Shown here in pieces: positions 57,116 to 64,000 of a DNA stretch of 64,000 nt; position 1 is the stretch's first letter; the number at the start of each line of letters is the position of its first letter. The position numbers were made by a program, and so were the translations under genes. The DNA comes from a candidate division FCPU426 bacterium (GTDB taxonomy: Bacteria > Oederibacteriota > Muellerivitia > Muellerivitales > Muellerivitaceae), in NCBI GenBank assembly GCA_963771075.1, contig CAVYSE010000025.1, positions 32,001 to 96,000 of the forward strand. Direction: 5' to 3'. The notes beneath the pieces were generated by a model. The model had not been told where the DNA came from. It saw nothing but the letters and a program-made list of their open reading frames with translations, and made no database searches.

Positions 57116-57700
57116 TTATTTCCCAGCCGGAGCGGGATTAGCCGCTTCCGTTTGCACGGCCGCCGCGCGCATGTTTTCCCGCTGCGCTTTCAATTGCTTG
57201 GCCTTTTCCATAAATTGGACCTTGGCCTGCCTTTGCTTGTTTTCTTCCCGCACTTCCATATAGACGAAAGCGTTGGCTTTTAAAAGCATGGTTTCCGCAA
57301 CATACGCCCCCACGCCGAAATTGACAAAAGCGGGCAGGAGAGCGGAAAGGGTCACCAAAGCAAGAAGCCAAAGGCTGGACATGGTTTGGGGAAGGCCTAA
57401 AAGGGGTTTTTGCATCATGGCCAAATAAACGACCCCCACCATCATTGCCACGATCACGATCAGGAAAAAGCCCAGCAGACGGTAGGTGGACCGGACTTTC
57501 TCATAAGTCATTTGCAGGTCCTCGGCATATTGCTTGATTGATTGTCCCCGTCCCTCTAGCTTTTCCTTCCATTGGTCGTCCCAAAGAAGGATCTTTCGCC
57601 GGAGGATCACCCCGAAGACCAGGACCGTAAAGGTCACCGTCCATGTCAGCAAAGATAATAAAAAAAACCCGATCGCTGATTCCACAGTGGGGTTTGTCAT
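57116..57700 (-). CDS. Hypothetical membrane protein (about 3 TM)
   Basis: RBS GGAGG, TM segments, charged tail. Confidence 0.75.
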   Translation of the reverse strand: MTNPTVESAIGFFLLSLLTWTVTFTVLVFGVILRRKILLWDDQWKEKLEGRGQSIKQYAEDLQMTYEKVRSTYRLLGFFLIVIVAMMVGVVYLAMMQKPLLGLPQTMSSLWLLALVTLSALLPAFVNFGVGAYVAETMLLKANAFVYMEVREENKQRQAKVQFMEKAKQLKAQRENMRAAAVQTEAANPAPAGK

Positions 57701-57728
57701 GCGTCCTCCATCCTTAATATTGGTTCGG

Positions 57729-58412
57729 TTACGAATGCATCAATTGAACGGTCGCGTCCAATAGTTCCAACAGCCTTTGTTTCACTTCGTTCCATTGGGG
57801 GCCCCCGTCCCCGTTCTGCTTGGCCTGCTGCCAGGCCATGACGAGCTGGGTAAGGATCTTATCCCCTTCGGCGATGAGGGCCATACGCACCGCCATCCGC
57901 CGGTTTTCTTCTTCTTGGGCGTAATCATCCTTGAGCCGGGCGAGCATCTGGGCCTGGGCTTCCGGGCCGGGCCCCTCAGCCTGAAGGGAGGCTCGGATCT
58001 CGGCTTCCACCTTTTGCCGGATGGATGTTTCCAAGACCTTGAACAGCTCGTTTTGATCCATCGCCGGTCCTACCGGAACGGCTCCCGAAGGAGGAGGATT
58101 AGGCGCAACCGAAGCGGGCGGTTCTTTGGGTAAATATTCCGCCCAATCGGTTTCACTGGCCAACTCGGTCTTGATGCCGCGGTTTTGGCCGAATACCAAT
58201 GGCATCCATTCGTCTATTTTTTCGTGGTAGACCTTCAGGCCCACCTCTATTTCCTTCAATTCCTCCGGCGTATGGGCCAAAAGCACCAGATTATACTTGG
58301 TCATATCTTTCGGAAGCGCGGACTTCAAGTGTTCGAAGAGGCGCGGCTCCCGGACTTGGACGACCTTGAGGAAGGCTTGCCATTCGTTTTGGAGTTCGGC
58401 ACTGCCGGGCAT
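57729..58412 (-). CDS. Hypothetical protein (N-terminal globular domain, Pro linker, helical C-terminus)
   Basis: RBS GAGGGAG, 227-aa ORF in an operon. Confidence 0.72.
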   Translation of the reverse strand: MPGSAELQNEWQAFLKVVQVREPRLFEHLKSALPKDMTKYNLVLLAHTPEELKEIEVGLKVYHEKIDEWMPLVFGQNRGIKTELASETDWAEYLPKEPPASVAPNPPPSGAVPVGPAMDQNELFKVLETSIRQKVEAEIRASLQAEGPGPEAQAQMLARLKDDYAQEEENRRMAVRMALIAEGDKILTQLVMAWQQAKQNGDGGPQWNEVKQRLLELLDATVQLMHS

Positions 58413-59977
58413 AGGGGCTCCCTCGGGGTCTCACTGATTTGTCGCAGCACTTTGGGGAACATGGGCAACAAATCCCCCGCCAACAGCCCGTCCAGACCCA
58501 TCCGCCGGGCCAGTCGTTCCCCGGCCAACCCGTGTAGGTAGACCCCGGCCGTCGCGGCGTCGAAGGGACTCAAACGCTGGGCCAACAGCCCACCGATGAC
58601 TCCCGACAGGACATCCCCCGTGCCGGCCGTGGCCAAGGCCCGATTGCCGGTCGGATTGATACGGATTTCACCCTTGGGGCTGGCGATGACCGTATGGCGC
58701 CCCTTAAGGACAAGCACCACATTATAGCCTTCGGCAATTTGCTTCGCAACTTTGAGCCGGTTTTGCTCCACTTCCGATATGCTGATTTTAAGAAGCCAGG
58801 CGGCTTCACCGGGATGAGGCGTTAAAACCACGGGAGCCCTGGCCGCCTTGAATATATCCAATTGTCCCCCCAACAGGTTGAGGGCGTCCGCGTCCACGAC
58901 CATAGGGAGCGGAAGTTTGGTCAAGAGTTCCCTGACCAATTGAGCGGTTTCCCGGTGACGGCCTATTCCCGGCCCGATGACCACCGAATTGACGTTGGTG
59001 CAAAGGTGTAAAATTCGGCCGGCCGCCCGCAGGGAAAGGAACCCTCCCTCCACCTCGGGTACCGGCGCTGTCATGGGTTCGGTGAGTTTGACCTCCAAAA
59101 TGGCGTTAAGGCTTTCAGGGCAAGCAACCGTGACCAGACCCGCCCCGATGCGCTGGGCTCCCAGGGCGCTCAAGGATGCCGCCCCCGTCAACCCCGTGGC
59201 TCCCGCCACCACCACCACCCTCCCCCGACTTCCCTTGTGGGTATAATCGTCATAATGAGGCAAAATCTTACGAACCGTTTCCCGTTCGGTTAATTCATGT
59301 TTAAGGAAAGAAGCGTTCAAGAGCTCCGATGGGAACCCGATCTCGGCCACTCTCCATTTCCCCAAAAAGGTCGGAGCGGTAGGCGAATAAAACCCAACCT
59401 TCGGCAAACCGAAGGTAACAGTCCTTTGGGCGCTCAATGTCTCTCCCAAAGGGGTTCCCGAATCGGCTGAGAGGCCGGAGGGGATATCCACCGCCACCAC
59501 CGGTTTTCCCAGACCCTTGACCAACCGGATCAAATCCTTGGCTAAGCCTTCCACCGGCCGGCTCAACCCGGTTCCCAGCAGGGCGTCCACTAGGAGATCG
59601 CATTCTTCGAGGGCCACCTGGATCGAGGGAAGTTTTTCAGATTCTTCCAAATATAGGATCGGCACTTTGGCGGCTTTGGCTTTTTGAAGTTGGCCGGCCG
59701 TCTCCTCCGCGAGTGACTCCGCGTCTCCCAGGACCACCGCGACAACGCTGGCTTTGGCGTTTTTCAAGAGGCGGGCCGCCACCAATCCGTCCCCACCGTT
59801 ATGCCCCTTGCCGCACAGAACCCCGACCGTGCGCTTGGAAAGCGGGGAATAATGCGTCTCTAATTCCCTGAACACTTCTGTTCCAGCGGATTCCATTAAT
59901 CGAGCGATCGACAGGCCATGGTCCTGGACGGCGGCCGCATCGATTTTATTCATGTCTTGGCTGGTGGCTAGTTTCAT
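58325..59977 (-). CDS. nnr: Bifunctional NAD(P)HX epimerase/dehydratase
   Basis: LMESAG, GKGHNGGDG, DALLGTG, DIPSG, HKG, VDADAL, TPHPGE, AGTGDVLSG; the 88-nt overlap with the next gene suggests a 3' frameshift. Confidence 0.93.
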   Translation of the reverse strand: MKLATSQDMNKIDAAAVQDHGLSIARLMESAGTEVFRELETHYSPLSKRTVGVLCGKGHNGGDGLVAARLLKNAKASVVAVVLGDAESLAEETAGQLQKAKAAKVPILYLEESEKLPSIQVALEECDLLVDALLGTGLSRPVEGLAKDLIRLVKGLGKPVVAVDIPSGLSADSGTPLGETLSAQRTVTFGLPKVGFYSPTAPTFLGKWRVAEIGFPSELLNASFLKHELTERETVRKILPHYDDYTHKGSRGRVVVVAGATGLTGAASLSALGAQRIGAGLVTVACPESLNAILEVKLTEPMTAPVPEVEGGFLSLRAAGRILHLCTNVNSVVIGPGIGRHRETAQLVRELLTKLPLPMVVDADALNLLGGQLDIFKAARAPVVLTPHPGEAAWLLKISISEVEQNRLKVAKQIAEGYNVVLVLKGRHTVIASPKGEIRINPTGNRALATAGTGDVLSGVIGGLLAQRLSPFDAATAGVYLHGLAGERLARRMGLDGLLAGDLLPMFPKVLRQISETPREPLCPAVPNSKTNGKPSSRSSKSGSRASSNT

Positions 59978-61491
59978 GGCGCCTCCTGGGGTTGATTTTC
60001 CATGTGGTAAGCAAAGGTAGTGAAAAACTGGGGCTCGAAGCGGAAGGCGGTGGCCTCACACCGGTTTTGAAGACCGGCATCCTCCATCACGTCCGTGAGG
60101 AGGGGCACTACCATGCTGCTTTCCTGGTGGATCACTCGACCGCCCAGGCCCTCGCGCATATGCTGGTCCACGAAGCCCAGTCTGGGCGTGTAAAAACTGT
60201 GGAGCAGCACATAGGACCCGGGTTCCGGGTTAAAGGGCAGAGTCACCAGGCGAATTTTCTTTCCCGACCAGAATTGGGTCTTGGGGATTTCGTCCGAGTA
60301 GATGACCGCCTCCGCCGGGAGGGTTTTTAGGAATTCCGCGGATCGCTTGACGTCCCCAAAGGAGTCGTTTTGTGAGATTTGCACCCCGGTGGAGTAGATG
60401 ACGCCCCAGGCGAGCATGACCGTCAAGGCCCCGTTCTTGATAAACATGCTGCGGACCGGTTTGGTCGGGTTTTCCCATCTTCCAAAGAAGAGCTCCATTT
60501 CATACCCCGCCGATACCAATACCAGCGGCAGGAATGGCAGCAGGTATCGGTCCTGGTAGGACACCGGGAAAAGCCTGGATAAAAAAAGCAGGAAATAAAT
60601 TTGAAGCAGGATTCGCCGGAAGGCCTGTCCTTCCGGGCCCTCCCGCCGGGCCATCTTGCCCAAACCCAGGAAGGACGCCCCGAGGATGAGAGGGGTGAAC
60701 ACATAAACGGGCTGTGTCAGGTAGGTGTAGAGGTGCTTGAAAAAATTCACCATGAGGAAAAAACGGTGGGGCAGAATCGGGTTGATCCCTGCCCCTTCTC
60801 GGTAGGCGTCCAGGATGAGCCCGAATTTGGGAATGAGGAAAGTCAGGGGCCCCGCCCAGGCCAGGGCCAAAAGTGCGCGTCTTTTCCAGCGTCCTTCGCT
60901 CCCCAGTTTTTCCGAAACGCTCCAAAGCCAGGGAATCAGTAAATACCCTTCCGGGCGGGTACAGGCTGAGGCCGCTCCCGCCAAGCAAGCCAGGAGCCAG
61001 GCTTGGGAGGAATTTTTTTCATGGGCCGAGGCGAGGCTTTCCAGGGCCGTCCAGAAAAAAAGGAGAAAAAGGGTATCGGGCATGACTTTCAAGGACCACT
61101 GCCAGAGCAGTGGGGCGAACAAGGCCATGGTGCAGACGATTCCCGTCATTTCGGAAGACATCCACCGGCGGGCGAAACGCCATAGGGGGATCAGAAATAA
61201 AGCGCTGGCCAGGGCCGCGAGGGCCCGTCCTCCCCAGACGCCATCCAAACCCGCCAGTTGGAAAAGGTGAAGCAGGAAAGGATAGCCTGGAAAAATCACG
61301 AAGCGGTCGTTGGGGACGAAATTCGGGGCGAAATAGGTAAGGCAATAGATCCCGTCCGTGGTTTCCGCCCTGGCGACCCTCAACATGGGAAGCCGGGTGA
61401 TCAGGGACATAAAGCCCAAAAACACGAACCATTGGGCGTCCGTTATCGTGCGGGGTTTCCAATTATTTCTTGAAGGCATGGCAATCCTCAT
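59974..61491 (-). CDS. GT-C/PMT-like polytopic membrane glycosyltransferase
   Basis: TDG.Y, PGYP, TRPEG, RYLLP motifs and many TM helices. Confidence 0.72.
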   Translation of the reverse strand: MRIAMPSRNNWKPRTITDAQWFVFLGFMSLITRLPMLRVARAETTDGIYCLTYFAPNFVPNDRFVIFPGYPFLLHLFQLAGLDGVWGGRALAALASALFLIPLWRFARRWMSSEMTGIVCTMALFAPLLWQWSLKVMPDTLFLLFFWTALESLASAHEKNSSQAWLLACLAGAASACTRPEGYLLIPWLWSVSEKLGSEGRWKRRALLALAWAGPLTFLIPKFGLILDAYREGAGINPILPHRFFLMVNFFKHLYTYLTQPVYVFTPLILGASFLGLGKMARREGPEGQAFRRILLQIYFLLFLSRLFPVSYQDRYLLPFLPLVLVSAGYEMELFFGRWENPTKPVRSMFIKNGALTVMLAWGVIYSTGVQISQNDSFGDVKRSAEFLKTLPAEAVIYSDEIPKTQFWSGKKIRLVTLPFNPEPGSYVLLHSFYTPRLGFVDQHMREGLGGRVIHQESSMVVPLLTDVMEDAGLQNRCEATAFRFEPQFFTTFAYHMENQPQEAP

Positions 61492-61871
61492 GGATTGGTT
61501 TCGAGAATCACGGTGGCGGTGGCGTCCCTTTTGCTATGGGCAATAGTCAAGGACAGGGCGGTTATGCGGCGGTCCAGCCGGAGTTTTTCGAAAATGCCGT
61601 GCAAATGAAGGGAGGGTCTCCCGGACGGGTCGCGCACGACCTCAATCTGACTCCACTTCCATCGGCCCCCGAACCCATGACTAAAGGCCTTGATGACGGC
61701 TTCCTTGGCGGCAAAACGCCCAGCCAGCGAGGGATAAGGTTCGGATTTCTTCAAACAGTAAGCGGCTTCCTGGGGAGTAAATAGGCGGTCGATAAAACGC
61801 TTTCCGAATTTCTTGTGGGCACTTTTGACCCGTTCAATCTCGATTAAATCCACACCCAAACCCACAATCAT
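61488..61871 (-). CDS. acpS: Holo-[acyl-carrier-protein] synthase
   Basis: GLGVDLIEIER, AGRFAAKEA..KA, G.P, LTIAH. Confidence 0.95.
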   Translation of the reverse strand: MIVGLGVDLIEIERVKSAHKKFGKRFIDRLFTPQEAAYCLKKSEPYPSLAGRFAAKEAVIKAFSHGFGGRWKWSQIEVVRDPSGRPSLHLHGIFEKLRLDRRITALSLTIAHSKRDATATVILETNP

Positions 61872-61953
61872 TCGTATACCTTTTAAAACAATGAAGTGGG
61901 CGTATTGTATCGGCGGGACGTACGGCCTGACAAGGGAGGAAGCTTCAAAGGTG

Positions 61954-62373
61954 TCAGGAACCGGCTTGTTTGGCCTCTTCGATGACTTTCAGGCGCCCCA
62001 GGGCCCTCTCCAGGCTGGACAAGGCTTCGGGATTGTTCTTCATTTCCTTCTTCGAGGACAACAAGGCCTGGGCTTTTTCCTTGGATTTCCGGGCCCGCTC
62101 GACATCGATTTCATCCGACTTTTCGTAAGCCTCGGCCAACACGGTCACCGATTTGGGGTTCACTTCCACGAACCCCTTTGAGACGAAATAAAACTCTTTC
62201 TTCCCTCCCGCGGTGACCTTGAGGGTGCCCGGCTTGATCGTGGCCATGATTGGCATGTGTTTCGCCATCACGCCGAATTGCCCCGCCGTTCCCGGCAGGG
62301 TGACTAGCGTGACATCGGCGGCAAACCCGGGCTTGTCCGGGGAGACCACCTGCAGTTTCAGGGTGTTGGACAT
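61954..62373 (-). CDS. atpC: ATP synthase F1 epsilon subunit
   Basis: VVSPD, PG..GQFGVMAKH.P, GFVEV, IDVERA. Confidence 0.96.
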   Translation of the reverse strand: MSNTLKLQVVSPDKPGFAADVTLVTLPGTAGQFGVMAKHMPIMATIKPGTLKVTAGGKKEFYFVSKGFVEVNPKSVTVLAEAYEKSDEIDVERARKSKEKAQALLSSKKEMKNNPEALSSLERALGRLKVIEEAKQAGS

Positions 62374-62388
62374 AAAAGTTCCCTTTCC

Positions 62389-64000
<1,612 letters not shown>

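Overview
A 64-kb stretch of GC-rich bacterial chromosome from a diderm organism (lipoproteins, predicted outer-membrane beta-barrels, TatA), with most genes on the minus strand. It is mainly core and envelope genome: pgi, a chemoreceptor, two cysteine desulfurases, mnmA, an RlmI-type methyltransferase, polA, parAB, nnr, acpS, atpGDC, ChdC/HemQ, an ECF sigma/NrsF pair, a bactofilin-M23 pair, and many GT-C-like membrane glycosyltransferases. One complete IS4-family element (7070-8342) has 18-bp TIRs and a 9-bp TSD. At least seven genes carry single-base frameshifts, mostly in homopolymers, which points to long-read consensus error rather than real pseudogenes. The best candidate for a new system is at 35.4-39.5 kb. 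There, a DUF2946/CutF/CruR-like His3-CxxC-RSPP leader peptide is followed directly by an anti-Shine-Dalgarno stem. It precedes an outer-membrane protein, a ZnuA-like binding protein and a ZnuB-like permease, with no ATPase gene. This looks like ribosome-stalling control of a Zn/Mn-type metal importer. Other signals are several families of degenerate intergenic inverted-repeat elements (8/9-nt periodic arms, heptamer arrays, one nested composite), recurrent TATAAT-N6-ATG leaderless starts, ECF26-like promoters and a DUF900 hydrolase fused to a putative beta-barrel. No rRNA, tRNA, CRISPR array or prophage was recognised. Family calls come from motif recognition, not database searches.
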